A stretch of 64,000 bases of DNA from an uncultured bacterium (GTDB taxonomy: Bacteria; Desulfobacterota; Deferrimicrobia; J040). Made by a program: the position numbers and the translations under genes. The notes beneath the pieces are model-generated. The model was not told the origin of the DNA, made no database searches, and saw only the letters and a program-made list of their open reading frames with translations. The stretch is from positions 47,795 to 111,794 of the forward strand of contig CAYSCN010000003.1 of NCBI GenBank assembly GCA_964429585.1. The letters run 5' to 3'. Below, piece after piece: positions 18,153-29,259 of this stretch; position 1 is the first letter of the stretch, and each line of letters starts with the position of its first letter.

Positions 18153-18899
18153 TTGGGTGTAAAAAAGACGAAAATACCACGTCACGTTGCGATAATAATG
18201 GACGGCAACGGCAGGTGGGCGAGGCAGAGGGGACTTCCTCGTATCTTCGGCCACAGGGCTGGTATAAAGTCGGTTCGGAAGGCTGTGGAGTTTGCTTACG
18301 ACAGGAATATAAAGTTCCTCACGCTTTTTGCGTTTTCCACCGAAAACTGGGGGCGCCCCAGGGAGGAAGTCGATGCTCTCATGAACCTTCTGAAGGAGTA
18401 TATCGATAAGGAGCTGCCCGAGATGAAAGAAAAGGGCATAAGGGTCAACGTGATAGGCGATGTGGAGCGTCTTCCCCGGGACGTGCGCCGCAGGGTCCAG
18501 AAGGCTGTGAAGGATACCAGGAATCTGGATAGAATGGTTTTGACTCTTGCCCTGTCTTATTCCGGAAGGGATGAAATAGTGAGAGCTGTAAGGAGGTTGC
18601 TCGAAGAGGGAGAAGTGACCCCGGATGCTATGGACGAAGAGACATTCTCGTCTTATCTCGATTCCCCTTGGATTCCGGAACCCGATCTTCTGATTCGTAC
18701 CAGCGGCGAGATGAGGATAAGCAACTTCATGCTCTGGCAGCTAGCCTACACGGAGATTTACGTCACGGAGAAGCTCTGGCCTCAGTTTACGAAGCGGGAG
18801 TTCCAGAGAGCTCTGGACGACTATGCGAGAAGGAGAAGGAGGTTCGGCCTCACAGACGAACAGATCGAAGATTTCCCCAGGGGAGAGGATGTTACTTAA
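18153..18899 (+). CDS. uppS: Undecaprenyl-diphosphate synthase (isoprenyl transferase)
   Basis: HVAIIMDGNGRWA, FSTENWGRP and the RTSGEMRISNFMLWQ motifs. Confidence 0.95.
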   Translation: MGVKKTKIPRHVAIIMDGNGRWARQRGLPRIFGHRAGIKSVRKAVEFAYDRNIKFLTLFAFSTENWGRPREEVDALMNLLKEYIDKELPEMKEKGIRVNVIGDVERLPRDVRRRVQKAVKDTRNLDRMVLTLALSYSGRDEIVRAVRRLLEEGEVTPDAMDEETFSSYLDSPWIPEPDLLIRTSGEMRISNFMLWQLAYTEIYVTEKLWPQFTKREFQRALDDYARRRRRFGLTDEQIEDFPRGEDVT

Positions 18900-19680
18900 A
18901 AGGGTCCTCACAGCTTTCATACTGATTCCGCTTCTCGTTGCCAGCGTTCTGTACCTTTCACCGAAGCAATTTTCCGTGTTGCTCGCTCTCGTTGCTTTTG
19001 TTTGCGGATTTGAATTCTCGCTGATGTTCTTCGGTGCTGGTTCGATCAGGTCTTATTTCCTTCCGTTTCTGGTCGGTGGTGCCGTTTACGCGATATGCAC
19101 CAGGGGGAGTTCCTACTTCCTGCCTCTTCTGATATTGTCTTTCTTCTTCTTCCTGTTTTATTCGATCCTGCTGCCCGACACTCCAAGAGAGTCGGGGAGA
19201 TGGTTTGCGTTTTCCCTTCTTGGATTCGTATACATCGCGCTTTTGCTCCCGTATTTTCAGTTTCTGAGGGAACTCGATGGAGGGGCTCATCTGATTTTCT
19301 CCGTGGCCGTGACAGTTTACGTGGGAGATACGGCGGCTTATTTCGCTGGATCCAGGTTCGGCAGAACCAAGCTCGCCCCGGCAATATCTCCGGGTAAGAC
19401 GTGGGAAGGGGCCATTGCATCGGCTTTGTTCGGAACGGCCGCAGGTTGTATATACCTGACGGCCTTCGGGCTCGTGGACGGCAGGCTGAAGGCCATTCTC
19501 ATCGCTTTCGTGGTTTCCACTGTGGGGCAATTCGGTGACCTGTTCGAGTCGCTCCTGAAGAGGGTGGCCGGTGTGAAAGATTCCGGATCGATTTTCCCCG
19601 GGCACGGCGGAATGCTCGACAGAATAGACAGCTTCATCGTGAACGGCGTGGTTCTGTATTTCCTCATGAAGGGGTTTTGA
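18889..19680 (+). CDS. cdsA: Phosphatidate cytidylyltransferase
   Basis: Polytopic membrane protein with the CdsA C-terminal signature (…SLLKRVAGVKDSGSIFPGHGGMLDRIDS). The start is approximate and overlaps the uppS end. Confidence 0.85.
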   Translation: MLLKRVLTAFILIPLLVASVLYLSPKQFSVLLALVAFVCGFEFSLMFFGAGSIRSYFLPFLVGGAVYAICTRGSSYFLPLLILSFFFFLFYSILLPDTPRESGRWFAFSLLGFVYIALLLPYFQFLRELDGGAHLIFSVAVTVYVGDTAAYFAGSRFGRTKLAPAISPGKTWEGAIASALFGTAAGCIYLTAFGLVDGRLKAILIAFVVSTVGQFGDLFESLLKRVAGVKDSGSIFPGHGGMLDRIDSFIVNGVVLYFLMKGF

Positions 19681-19681
19681 C

Positions 19682-20860
19682 GTGAGGGGTATAGCTCTCC
19701 AGGGTTCGACTGGATCTATAGGAGTTTCCACTCTCGAGGTGATACGGGAGAACAGGGATAGATTCAGAGTCGTTTCTCTCATAGCGGGTAGAAACGTGGA
19801 ACTTCTGGCCGAACAGATAGAGGAATTTTCCCCGATTGCGGTTTGCGTGGAGAGGGAGGAGGATGCAGAAAAACTCGAGAGGCTCGTTACTGCCGGTAGG
19901 TGTCGCATCCTTTGGGGTAAGGATGGAATAAAAGAAGCCACGCTCCTCGATGGAGTGGATACAGTTCTGGCCGGTGCGTCCGGGACTCATTGTCTGGAGG
20001 CCACGCTGGAAGCCACCAGAAGAGGAATGAGAATAGCCATCGCAAACAAGGAACTGCTGGTGACCGCTGGAGAACTTTTCGTCAGAGAGGCCGGGAAGTC
20101 CGGTGCGTTGCTGATTCCCGTGGACAGCGAGCATTCCGCCATATTTCAGGCCACGGTGGGACAACACAGGGAGGGGATAAAGAGGATAATACTAACTGCC
20201 TCAGGGGGCCCTTTTCACGGCAGGAACGATCTTGCCCTGAAGGACGTTTCCCTGGAGGACGCGCTCTCGCATCCCGTATGGAGGATGGGAAAAAAGATAA
20301 CGATCGACTCTGCAACAATGATGAACAAGGGATACGAGATAATAGAGGCGGTGAATCTGTTCGGATTGCCTCCGGACAGGATAGATGTGGTCATTCACCC
20401 TCAGTCGATTGTCCATTCCATGGTAGAGTTCAGGGACGGTTCCATCCTCGCTCACATAGGAGAGCCGGACATGAGAATTCCGATTTCTTACGCGCTCGGT
20501 TACCCTGAAAGGGTGGATCTCCGAATAGAGATAGATTTGTTCGACGCGCTGAACGGGCTCGAATTCTTTCCTCCCGACTACGAGAGGTTTCCATCGATCC
20601 CCCTTGCGAAGGAGGTTGCAAGAAGAGGAGGGCTCCTGCCAGCGGTACTGGTGGGTGCGAACGACTACGCGGTGGAGGAGTTCATAAAAGGTAACATACG
20701 TTTTACCGATATATACAATGTGACTGAGAAGGTCGTGAGGAAAATGTACAGCAAGGAGAATGAACCCGTGACGCTTGAAGGTGTCGAGGAAACCATTTCG
20801 GAAGCGAGAACTCTAACTGGTAAAATAGTTGTAGAAATGAAAGGGAGAATAGAGGGTTGA
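19682..20860 (+). CDS. dxr: 1-deoxy-D-xylulose 5-phosphate reductoisomerase
   Basis: GSTGSIG NADPH-binding N-terminus, LANKELLV, IPVDSEHSAIFQ, and a Dxr C-terminal domain. Confidence 0.95.
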   Translation: MRGIALQGSTGSIGVSTLEVIRENRDRFRVVSLIAGRNVELLAEQIEEFSPIAVCVEREEDAEKLERLVTAGRCRILWGKDGIKEATLLDGVDTVLAGASGTHCLEATLEATRRGMRIAIANKELLVTAGELFVREAGKSGALLIPVDSEHSAIFQATVGQHREGIKRIILTASGGPFHGRNDLALKDVSLEDALSHPVWRMGKKITIDSATMMNKGYEIIEAVNLFGLPPDRIDVVIHPQSIVHSMVEFRDGSILAHIGEPDMRIPISYALGYPERVDLRIEIDLFDALNGLEFFPPDYERFPSIPLAKEVARRGGLLPAVLVGANDYAVEEFIKGNIRFTDIYNVTEKVVRKMYSKENEPVTLEGVEETISEARTLTGKIVVEMKGRIEG

Positions 20861-21921
20861 TCTACATTTTTTCTTTCATAGTCGTTCTGGGCATATTGAT
20901 TTTCGTTCATGAGTTCGGGCATTTCATAGTGGCCCGGCTCATCGGCATCGAGGTTCAGAAATTTTCACTGGGTTTCGGCCCCAGGCTCGCGGGATTCAAG
21001 AGGGGAGAGACGGAATACCTGGTTTCCGCGATACCCTTCGGGGGATACGTTAAGTTGCTTGGGGAGACTCCGGAAGACGACGTTTCTCCTGAAAAGGAAG
21101 ACCGCTCTTTTTCCCATCGTCCTCCGCTCCACAAGCTGCTCGTGGTTCTGGCCGGTCCTGGGTTCAACATCGTGTTCGCGGCCTTCGTTTTCTGGTTCAT
21201 ATTCATGGCGGGCATGCCGGTGCTCAAACCGGTTGTGGGTCAGGTTATCGAAGGGTCTCCCGCGGAGAAAGCCGGGCTGGTGAAGGGGGACGAAATAATC
21301 GAAATCGATGGCGTCCCGGTTTCCAGGTGGGAGGATGTAGCGAAGGTGATAAAAGAAAAGGGAGCCGGAAAGCTCCTGGTTCTCAAGGTGAAAAGAGGAG
21401 GGGAAGTGGTTGAAGTTTCTCTGGCGCCGGAGCTGAGGATCGTGAAAAACCTGTTCGGTGAGGAAGTGAAGGAGCCCAAGATAGGAATAGTGGCGAGCGG
21501 CGACTTTGAGATCCGCCGATACGATCCATTCAACGCGTTCTTCCTGGGTATCAGAGAGACGGGTAAACTGATATACCTGACTGTGATGACGGTCGTCAAG
21601 CTGGTCGAGAGAGTCGTTCCACTTAAGTCGCTTGGTGGTCCCATTCTTATCGCTCAGCTCGCGGGGGATCAGGCGAAGCAGGGACCGATGCCGTTTTTCT
21701 ATTTCCTGGCGCTTTTGTCGGTGAACCTGGGAATTCTCAATCTCTTGCCGATACCGATTCTCGACGGCGGACACATAATGATCTACTCTATCGAGGCAGT
21801 GACAGGGAGAGAGATGAGCATGAAGGTGAGGGGAATCGTTCAGCAGATAGGGCTCGTCATCATAATAACTCTCGCCGTCCTTGTGTTTTACAATGACATC
21901 GCGAGAATATTCACGAAATGA
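20857..21921 (+). CDS. rseP: Site-2 protease RseP (M50 zinc metalloprotease) with PDZ domain
   Basis: HEFGHFIVAR HExxH motif in TM1, a PDZ segment (GSPAEKAGLVKGDEIIEIDG), and LNLLPIPILDGG. It follows dxr as in many genomes. Confidence 0.9.
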   Translation: MIYIFSFIVVLGILIFVHEFGHFIVARLIGIEVQKFSLGFGPRLAGFKRGETEYLVSAIPFGGYVKLLGETPEDDVSPEKEDRSFSHRPPLHKLLVVLAGPGFNIVFAAFVFWFIFMAGMPVLKPVVGQVIEGSPAEKAGLVKGDEIIEIDGVPVSRWEDVAKVIKEKGAGKLLVLKVKRGGEVVEVSLAPELRIVKNLFGEEVKEPKIGIVASGDFEIRRYDPFNAFFLGIRETGKLIYLTVMTVVKLVERVVPLKSLGGPILIAQLAGDQAKQGPMPFFYFLALLSVNLGILNLLPIPILDGGHIMIYSIEAVTGREMSMKVRGIVQQIGLVIIITLAVLVFYNDIARIFTK

Positions 21922-22628
21922 ATGGGTGCGGGGAAGGGCTGATAATAGCCATCGAGTCCACGCTTCTCCCGGGAAGCATTTCGATCGGTGAAAGATGCAG
22001 GGTTGTGTCGACGGCGTTCGTCGAGGAAGGCAGGCAGTTTTCCGGAGAGTTCCTGCCGCTTTTGGAAAGGATGCTGAAATCTGCGGGAAAGTCTCCCGAA
22101 GAGATTTCCGGGGTGGTTGTTTCTCAGGGACCGGGGTCTTTCACCGGCATTAGAGTAGGCCTCTCTTTCGCGAAGGGGATATCACTCGCTCTTTCTGTTC
22201 CGGTCTATCCCGTCCCGGGTCTCGATGTCATGGCGTATTTCGCTGCTTCCGCCGTTTCGGATGGGTGGGAGCTCTATCCCTGTCTGGATGCCAGAAAGGG
22301 TGAAGTATACACGGCCTGTTATGTATTGAGAAACAGCTTCCCTGTCAGGGAGGGGAATTACATTTCAATCACCCCGGAAAATCTGGTATATAAAATAGAA
22401 AATCGAAAAGCCCTCGTGTTCGGACCTGGTTTTGAGAGATACGAAGAATTTTTCCTCTCGAAGGGGATTGGGAAGGGAGATTTCGAATTGAGGGGTGTCT
22501 GTCTCGACTCCCGCCGCCTTCTCGAATACTTTTTCCGCTGCGAAGAGGTCATGCCCGTGGACCCTGAAAGGCTGTCCGCCATTTACGTCAGACCCTCTGA
22601 GGCGGAACTCAAACATAAAGGAGGATGA
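21918..22628 (+). CDS. tsaB: tRNA threonylcarbamoyladenosine biosynthesis protein TsaB (YeaZ)
   Basis: LIIAIESTLLPGSISI…VVSQGPGSFTGIRVGLSFAKG matches the Kae1/TsaD-fold N-terminus without the metal-binding HH pair. Size is ~230 aa. Confidence 0.8.
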   Translation: MNGCGEGLIIAIESTLLPGSISIGERCRVVSTAFVEEGRQFSGEFLPLLERMLKSAGKSPEEISGVVVSQGPGSFTGIRVGLSFAKGISLALSVPVYPVPGLDVMAYFAASAVSDGWELYPCLDARKGEVYTACYVLRNSFPVREGNYISITPENLVYKIENRKALVFGPGFERYEEFFLSKGIGKGDFELRGVCLDSRRLLEYFFRCEEVMPVDPERLSAIYVRPSEAELKHKGG

Positions 22629-22867
22629 TGATGACCTTTCGCGACGAGGAAATCATCGAAAAGCTGATGCAGGAGGATGAGGAATTCAGGAAGCTCGTCA
22701 TGGAGCACAGGGAGCTCGACAGGAAGATACAGGACCTGGACTCCAAGCCTTACCTCATCCCCGCTGAGGAAGCCGAAAGAAAAAAGTTGAGCAGGCTGAA
22801 GCTCGCCAAGAAAGACCTCATAGCTCAGCGGGTGTCCGAGTATAGAAAATCCGTCCTCGGGGAATAG
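22625..22867 (+). CDS. Small DUF465/YdcH-like coiled-coil protein
   Basis: 80 aa, charged with a heptad pattern (…FRKLVMEHRELDRKIQDLD…). The start overlaps the tsaB stop. The family call is tentative. Confidence 0.5.
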   Translation: MMMTFRDEEIIEKLMQEDEEFRKLVMEHRELDRKIQDLDSKPYLIPAEEAERKKLSRLKLAKKDLIAQRVSEYRKSVLGE

Positions 22868-22917
22868 TATTATTGGGTGACCGTTCCGATCGTGGACACT
22901 TAATTCACGTTTGAGAG

Positions 22918-24588
22918 GTGAATATGAGAAGTAAGCGTGCCAAAGAAGGTCTCGAGAGGATGCCTACCCGCGCTCTGATTTGCGCCACAGGCGTGCCGAG
23001 AAGCGAGATGGACAAGCCGTTCATCGGGATTGCGTCTTCTTTCACCGATCTCATACCAGGGCACGTGGGGATGCGCCTTCTCGAGAGATACATAGAAAAC
23101 GGAGTATGGGCGGGTGGAGGAGTGCCATTTGTTTTCGGCATTCCGGGCATATGTGATGGCATAGCAATGGGGCACAGGGGGATGCATTATTCCCTTCCTT
23201 CTAGAGAGCTCATCGCCGACATGGTCGAGTCGATTGCCGAGGCGCACGCGCTGGACGGGCTCGTGCTTTTGACCAATTGCGACAAGATAACGCCGGGAAT
23301 GTTGATGGCGGCTGCGAGGCTGAATATTCCATCGATTGTGATAACCGCAGGTCCCATGCTGACAGGGAGGCTAGGAGAAAGGCGTCTCTCCCTGGTATCG
23401 GACACTTTCGAGGCGATAGGGCGCTACAAGGCGGGTGAGCTCACTGATGAGGACCTGGAATTTCTCGAGGGTGAGGCGTGTCCAGGAGAGGGGTCGTGCC
23501 AGGGGCTCTACACGGCGAACACGATGGCGTGTCTGACCGAGGCGTTGGGGATGTCGCTTCCCGGTTGCGGAACGGCCCTCGCGGTTATGTCGAAGAAAAA
23601 GCAGATTGCCTTCGCCACGGGGAAGAGAATCGTAGAGCTCGTGAAAGACGACGTGAAGCCGAGAGATATAATGACGAGGGAAGCATTCGAAAACGCGATA
23701 AGAGTCGATATGGCGCTTGGTGGCTCCACCAACAGCGTCCTGCATCTTCTCGCCATAGCACACGAAGCGCGCGTGGAACTTCCACTGAACAGATTCGACG
23801 AGATTTCCAGGGAAACTCCCCAGCTTGCAAGCGTGAGCCCCGCTGGTGAAAATTTCATGGAGGACGTGGAATACGCCGGCGGAATTCCCGCTGTTTTGAA
23901 CAGGCTGTTGCCGATGCTCAGCTCGAATATCACCGTTTCCGGGCGCGATATAAAAGAAATTGCGGAAAAGGCCAGAGTTTATTCGGACGAGGTCATACGC
24001 CCTCTCGACAATCCCATAAGGAAAGAAGGGGGTATTGCGGTGCTGTGGGGGAATCTCGCCCCTGACGGTGCGGTGATAAAACAGTCCGGCGTGGACGAGA
24101 AGATGTTCAGGTTCAAGGGGAAGGCCGTTTGCTTCGACTCCGAGGAAGAGGCAATAAAAGAAATACTCGATGGGAAGATAGAACCAGGTTCGTTCATAGT
24201 AATAAGATATGAAGGGCCGAGAGGGGGGCCTGGAATGAGGGAGATGCTGGGGCCCACATCTGCTTTGATGGGAATGGGCCTGGGAGACAAGGTGGCGCTT
24301 CTCACGGATGGAAGATTTTCCGGCGGAACCCATGGACCGTGCATAGGGCACGTTTCACCGGAGGCGATGGAGGGAGGACCGATCGCCATAGTTCAAAACG
24401 GCGACGAGATATCCCTGGACATACCGGAGAGGAAGCTCGAGCTCCTGGTTTCAGAGGAGGAGATAAAAAGGAGGCTCGCGAGCTTCAGCCCGCCGGAACC
24501 CAAAGTGAAGTCCGGTTATCTGGCGAGATATTCGAGATTCGTGAGATCTGCCAATACAGGAGCCATTTGCACTGAAGAAAACAGATAA
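22918..24588 (+). CDS. ilvD: Dihydroxy-acid dehydratase
   Basis: 556 aa. [16 protein letters not shown], a CDKITPGM cysteine ligand, and [16 protein letters not shown] motifs of the IlvD/EDD family. Confidence 0.95.
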   Translation: MNMRSKRAKEGLERMPTRALICATGVPRSEMDKPFIGIASSFTDLIPGHVGMRLLERYIENGVWAGGGVPFVFGIPGICDGIAMGHRGMHYSLPSRELIADMVESIAEAHALDGLVLLTNCDKITPGMLMAAARLNIPSIVITAGPMLTGRLGERRLSLVSDTFEAIGRYKAGELTDEDLEFLEGEACPGEGSCQGLYTANTMACLTEALGMSLPGCGTALAVMSKKKQIAFATGKRIVELVKDDVKPRDIMTREAFENAIRVDMALGGSTNSVLHLLAIAHEARVELPLNRFDEISRETPQLASVSPAGENFMEDVEYAGGIPAVLNRLLPMLSSNITVSGRDIKEIAEKARVYSDEVIRPLDNPIRKEGGIAVLWGNLAPDGAVIKQSGVDEKMFRFKGKAVCFDSEEEAIKEILDGKIEPGSFIVIRYEGPRGGPGMREMLGPTSALMGMGLGDKVALLTDGRFSGGTHGPCIGHVSPEAMEGGPIAIVQNGDEISLDIPERKLELLVSEEEIKRRLASFSPPEPKVKSGYLARYSRFVRSANTGAICTEENR

Positions 24589-24606
24589 GTCAATGGAGGT
24601 TGTGCC

Positions 24607-26301
24607 TTGAAGATCACAGGTGCTGAGATTTTCGTCAGGTCTCTGATCGACCTGGGCGTCGACACGATATTCGGTTATCCGGGCGGCGCCGTAATAAACA
24701 TTTACGACAGCCTGTTCAACAATACGTCCATCAGGCATTATCTCGTGAGACACGAGCAGGCGGCGGTTCACGCTGCTGATGGATACGCGAGGACGTCCGG
24801 CAAGACAGGGGTGGTGCTCGTGACCTCGGGTCCCGGAGCAACCAATACGGTGACCGGGATTGCCACGGCATATATGGATTCGATTCCTCTGGTGATTTTC
24901 ACCGGTCAGGTGCCGACGCTGATGATAGGAAACGACGCTTTTCAGGAAGCCGACATCGTGGGAATCACCCGCCCGTGCACCAAGCACAATTACCTCGTGA
25001 AGGACGTCAAAGACCTGGCGAGGATCATAAGAGAGGCGTTTCACATAGCGAGCACGGGGAGACCTGGCCCCGTTCTGGTCGATCTGCCCAAAGACGTGAT
25101 CACCTCTGTGCATGAATACAATCCTCCCAGGCAGATCGTTCTCAGAGGCTACAAACCCAACTACAAGGGGCACATGGGGCAGGTCAAAAAAGCGGTTGAA
25201 CTGATATACAGTTCGAGGAGGCCGGTAATATATGCAGGAGGCGGTGTGATACTTGGAGACGGGGCGCGTCAGCTGACGGAGTTTGCGGACTTGATCGGCG
25301 TTCCGGTGACGCTGACCCTCATGGGGCTCGGGGCTTACCCGGCATCCGGTAAAAATTTCGTGGGTATGCTCGGGATGCACGGCACCTACGCTGCGAACAT
25401 GGCAATTTCCAATTCGGATCTGATCATCGCCATAGGTGCCAGGTTCGATGACAGGGTGACCGGCAAGGTCGACGAGTTCGCGCCCGAAGCGAAGATAATT
25501 CACGTGGACATCGACCCCACGTCGATAAAGAAAAACGTGAAAGTAGATATTCCAATAGTCGGAGACGTCAAGGACGTGCTCAGAAAACTCATAAAGGTGG
25601 TGAAGGATTCAGGAGAGGCCGAGAAATACAGGAGGAAGATAGCGCCCTGGAGAAGCCAGATAGAAAAGTGGGACGCGGAACATCCCCTCAAGTACAAAAA
25701 CAGCAAGACGAAGATAAAACCTCAGTACGTGGTCGAGAAGATTTACGAGATCACTAAGGGAGAAGCCATAATCTCAACCGAGGTGGGCCAAAACCAGATG
25801 TGGGCGGCTCAGTTCTACAAATTCGATAAGCCGAGAAGGTTCATAACTTCGGGTGGGCTTGGCACGATGGGATATGGTTTCCCAGCCGCCATAGGCGCTC
25901 AAATAGCCAATCCGGGTAAACTCGTCATAGACATAGCTGGAGATGGTTCTATTCAGATGAACATTCAGGAGCTTGCGACAGCCGTCCAGTACAAGCTACC
26001 GGTGAAGGTAGCCGTTTTGAACAACGGGAGCCTCGGTATGGTCAGACAATGGCAGGAGCTCTTCTTCGACGGCAAGTATTCGCAAACGTGCCTCCCGTCG
26101 CTTCCGGACTTCGTGAAGCTGGCGGAGTCTTACGGTGCTCTCGGATTGAGAGCCACGAAACCCTCGCAGGTGGAAGAGGTGATAAGAAAGGCGATCGAGC
26201 ATCCGGGGCCGGTGCTCATGGACTTCATGGTGGACCCCCTGGAGCTGGTCTACCCGATGGTTCCCGCGGGAGCACCTCTTACGAAAATGCTCCTCGTATA
26301 A
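24607..26301 (+). CDS. ilvB: Acetolactate synthase large subunit
   Basis: ThDP enzyme. N-terminal [12 protein letters not shown], an FAD/ThDP-binding core, [15 protein letters not shown] and [14 protein letters not shown] motifs. Confidence 0.93.
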   Translation: MKITGAEIFVRSLIDLGVDTIFGYPGGAVINIYDSLFNNTSIRHYLVRHEQAAVHAADGYARTSGKTGVVLVTSGPGATNTVTGIATAYMDSIPLVIFTGQVPTLMIGNDAFQEADIVGITRPCTKHNYLVKDVKDLARIIREAFHIASTGRPGPVLVDLPKDVITSVHEYNPPRQIVLRGYKPNYKGHMGQVKKAVELIYSSRRPVIYAGGGVILGDGARQLTEFADLIGVPVTLTLMGLGAYPASGKNFVGMLGMHGTYAANMAISNSDLIIAIGARFDDRVTGKVDEFAPEAKIIHVDIDPTSIKKNVKVDIPIVGDVKDVLRKLIKVVKDSGEAEKYRRKIAPWRSQIEKWDAEHPLKYKNSKTKIKPQYVVEKIYEITKGEAIISTEVGQNQMWAAQFYKFDKPRRFITSGGLGTMGYGFPAAIGAQIANPGKLVIDIAGDGSIQMNIQELATAVQYKLPVKVAVLNNGSLGMVRQWQELFFDGKYSQTCLPSLPDFVKLAESYGALGLRATKPSQVEEVIRKAIEHPGPVLMDFMVDPLELVYPMVPAGAPLTKMLLV

Positions 26302-26322
26302 CTTTTTCCTGGAGGAGATTAG

Positions 26323-26874
26323 ATGAGACACACCATTTCGGTTCTGGTGGAAAATGAATTTGGGGTTTTGTCCCGCGTGGCGGGTCTTTTCAGCGGAAGG
26401 GGCTTCAACATCGAGAGCCTCTGCGTTGCCGAGACCATCGACCCCACGGTTTCGAGAATGACTATCGTGACCACCGGGAATGAGCAGATAATGGAGCAGA
26501 TATTGAAGCAGCTGAACAAACTCGTCAGCGTCATCAAGGTGGTGGACATGACGCGGAGCGATTTCGTGGAACGGGAGCTCGTCCTCATAAAGGTGAGCGC
26601 CGACGAGAACACGAAACCGGAGATATTGAGACTTGTCGACATATTCAGGGGGAAGATAGTGGATGTGAGCACTGAATCCTACACTATAGAGGTGACGGGT
26701 GACGAGGGAAAGATAAATGCAATCATAGAGCTCATGAGGCCGCTTGGAATAAAGGAGATCGCCCGTACCGGCAAGGTGGCGATGACGCGCGGTCCGCGCA
26801 CGCTCAAGGAAGCCAAGAAAATCAAACAGGGGGTGGAGAATGAAGATATATTACGAGAAGGACGCCAATCCTGA
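26323..26874 (+). CDS. ilvN: Acetolactate synthase small (regulatory) subunit
   Basis: ACT domain N-terminus [31 protein letters not shown]. ~180 aa. Located between ilvB and ilvC. Confidence 0.9.
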   Translation: MRHTISVLVENEFGVLSRVAGLFSGRGFNIESLCVAETIDPTVSRMTIVTTGNEQIMEQILKQLNKLVSVIKVVDMTRSDFVERELVLIKVSADENTKPEILRLVDIFRGKIVDVSTESYTIEVTGDEGKINAIIELMRPLGIKEIARTGKVAMTRGPRTLKEAKKIKQGVENEDILREGRQS

Positions 26875-27856
26875 AATTCTCAAAGGGAAAACCATTGCGG
26901 TCATAGGGTACGGCAGCCAGGGTCACGCGCACGCCAACAACTTAAGAGACAGCGGTTACGACGTGGTTATCGGTTTGAGGGAAGGGGGAGTTTCGTGGAA
27001 GAAGGCAGAAGCAGCGGGGTTCACCGTTCTACCCACCTCGGAGGCTGTGGAGAGGGCGGACGTGGTGATGCTTTTGGTTCCCGATGAGATAATGGGCGAT
27101 CTCTACAGGAGTGAGATTCAGGGGAATTTGAAGAGCGGTGCTTATCTGGCTTTTGCCCACGGCTTCAACATACACTTCGGACAGATTGTTCCTCCAGACG
27201 ACGTGAACGTGTTCATGGTTGCTCCGAAGGGGCCGGGTCACCTGGTCAGGCATCAATACGTTCAGGGACAGGGAGTTCCCTCGCTGATGGCGATCCACCA
27301 GGATCCTTCTGGAGACACCAGAGATGTTGCGCTGGCGTATGCCTGCGGGATAGGTGCCGGGAAGGCGGGCATAATAGAGACCACCTTCAGGGAGGAGACG
27401 GAGACTGACCTGTTCGGTGAGCAGGTGGTTTTGTGCGGCGGCGTTACCGCTCTAATTCAGGCGGCATTCGACGTTCTGGTGGAGGCGGGGTATTCTCCGG
27501 AGATGGCTTATTTCGAGTGTCTTCACGAGTTGAAACTGATAGTGGATTTGATTTACGAGGGCGGAATCTCTAACATGCGTTATTCTGTGAGCAACACGGC
27601 GCAGTATGGCGATTTGACCAGGGGTCCCAGGGTAATAAATGAAAGTGTCAAGGAAGAGATGAGGAGGATTCTTGCAGAAGTTCAGAGCGGAGAGTTTGCC
27701 AGGGAGTGGATTCTGGAGAACAGAGCTGGCAGGCCTGTCTTCAACGCCCTGACTAAGAGGGGCGAGGAACACCTCATAGAGGAAGTGGGCAAAAAGCTCA
27801 GGGCGATGATGCCGTGGCTGCAGAAAGAGAAGCTGGTCGACAGGAGCAAGAACTGA
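26840..27856 (+). CDS. ilvC: Ketol-acid reductoisomerase
   Basis: [25 protein letters not shown]-binding motif and GFNIHFG. Class I (short) KARI. Overlaps the ilvN end by ~35 nt. Confidence 0.95.
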   Translation: MKIYYEKDANPEILKGKTIAVIGYGSQGHAHANNLRDSGYDVVIGLREGGVSWKKAEAAGFTVLPTSEAVERADVVMLLVPDEIMGDLYRSEIQGNLKSGAYLAFAHGFNIHFGQIVPPDDVNVFMVAPKGPGHLVRHQYVQGQGVPSLMAIHQDPSGDTRDVALAYACGIGAGKAGIIETTFREETETDLFGEQVVLCGGVTALIQAAFDVLVEAGYSPEMAYFECLHELKLIVDLIYEGGISNMRYSVSNTAQYGDLTRGPRVINESVKEEMRRILAEVQSGEFAREWILENRAGRPVFNALTKRGEEHLIEEVGKKLRAMMPWLQKEKLVDRSKN

Positions 27857-27868
27857 CAGGGGATTTTC

Positions 27869-28492
27869 ATGGCAAGAGAAGGCGTTCCTTTTCTCGTTGC
27901 GGCTCTGGTGCTCGCGGTGGGATTGAAATTCTTTATTCCCAGCAGTAATTTACTCCCGGCGGTTTTCATCGTTCTGGCGGCGTTTGTCGCGTTTTTCTTC
28001 CGGGACCCGCAGAGGCAACCTCCTGACGACCCGAAAGCGGTGATCTCTCCTGCGGACGGGAAGATTGTATTCGCGGGAGACGTGGAGGGGGGGCATTTTT
28101 TCGAAGGGCCTTCCCGCAAGGTGAGTATTTTCATGTCACTGTTCGACGTCCACGTGAACAGAGCGCCGTTTTCGGGAAAGGTCGAGAAAATAGTCTATAA
28201 CAGGGGGAAGTTTTTCCGCGCCGACGTGGACAAAGCGTCCCTGGAGAACGAGCAGAACTGGGTTATAATGTCTAATGGCGATAAGAAGTTTGCGTTCGTT
28301 CAGATTGCGGGCCTCGTGGCCCGCAGAATTGTGTGTAAGGTAGAAGAAGGAAACTTTCTCAAGAAAGGACAGAGAGTGGGTCTCATCATGTTCGGTTCCA
28401 GGGTCGATGTTTATCTTCCTCCTGACGCCATAATTAAGGTTGAAGTGGGCGACAGAGTGAGAGCCGGGGAGACCGTAATAGGGGAAATGTGA
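27869..28492 (+). CDS. psd: Phosphatidylserine decarboxylase (short, Asd-type proenzyme)
   Basis: N-terminal TM helices and a PSD core with an LFDVHVNRAP… segment. A GS self-cleavage motif (MFGSRVDV) lies near the C-terminus. Confidence 0.85.
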   Translation: MAREGVPFLVAALVLAVGLKFFIPSSNLLPAVFIVLAAFVAFFFRDPQRQPPDDPKAVISPADGKIVFAGDVEGGHFFEGPSRKVSIFMSLFDVHVNRAPFSGKVEKIVYNRGKFFRADVDKASLENEQNWVIMSNGDKKFAFVQIAGLVARRIVCKVEEGNFLKKGQRVGLIMFGSRVDVYLPPDAIIKVEVGDRVRAGETVIGEM

Positions 28493-29259
28493 TGGACAGG
28501 AAAAAAAGGAAGAGAAGAAACAGGGGCAAGGGTATATACGTCCTGCCCAATCTGATAACCACCGGAAGTCTGTTTGCCGGGTTTTACTCGATAGTTTCCA
28601 CGTTCAACGGCGAGTTCGTGAAGGCGGCTTACGCGGTGTTGATTGCCGTGGTTCTGGATGGGCTGGACGGCAGAGTTGCAAGAGCCACGGGAACAACGTC
28701 TTCGTTCGGTGTGGAGTACGATTCTCTGGTGGATCTCGTTTCCTTTGGGGTGGCTCCAGGATTCCTTGTGTATGCCTGGGCTCTGACTCCATATGGCAGG
28801 GTGGGCTTTCTCGCCGCATTTCTATACGTAGTATGCGGGGCCCTCAGGCTGGCGAGGTTCAACATCCAGGTGGGTAGCCTGGAGAAAGGGAGGTTCAATG
28901 GACTTCCCATCCCTGCGGCGGCTACGCTAATTTCCTCGATGATACTTTTCATAAATTACACGGGCTACTCCGGGAAAGGGAAGAATCTCGCGGTTATCCT
29001 GAGCATTTACGTGGTGGCGTTTTTGATGGTTTCCAACGTGAAATACAAAAGCTTCAAGGATCTCGAGCCCTTCAGGCGGAGACCCTTCCACACGCTCGTA
29101 GCCATAGTGCTGCTCATGATTCTTTTGCTCTCTGAGCCCGAGGTTATGATATTCGCGTTCACTATTCTCTACATTTTATCCGGACCCGCGGAGGCTCTGT
29201 TGAAAGGCAGGGTGACTTCCAGGGAAAGAATCAAGGAAAAGGAGGAGAAGTTCGGATAA
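28489..29259 (+). CDS. pssA: CDP-diacylglycerol--serine O-phosphatidyltransferase
   Basis: CDP-alcohol phosphatidyltransferase motif DGLDGRVAR…G…D…D ([14 protein letters not shown]…EYDSLVDL) and multiple TM segments. Confidence 0.88.
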   Translation: MMDRKKRKRRNRGKGIYVLPNLITTGSLFAGFYSIVSTFNGEFVKAAYAVLIAVVLDGLDGRVARATGTTSSFGVEYDSLVDLVSFGVAPGFLVYAWALTPYGRVGFLAAFLYVVCGALRLARFNIQVGSLEKGRFNGLPIPAAATLISSMILFINYTGYSGKGKNLAVILSIYVVAFLMVSNVKYKSFKDLEPFRRRPFHTLVAIVLLMILLLSEPEVMIFAFTILYILSGPAEALLKGRVTSRERIKEKEEKFG

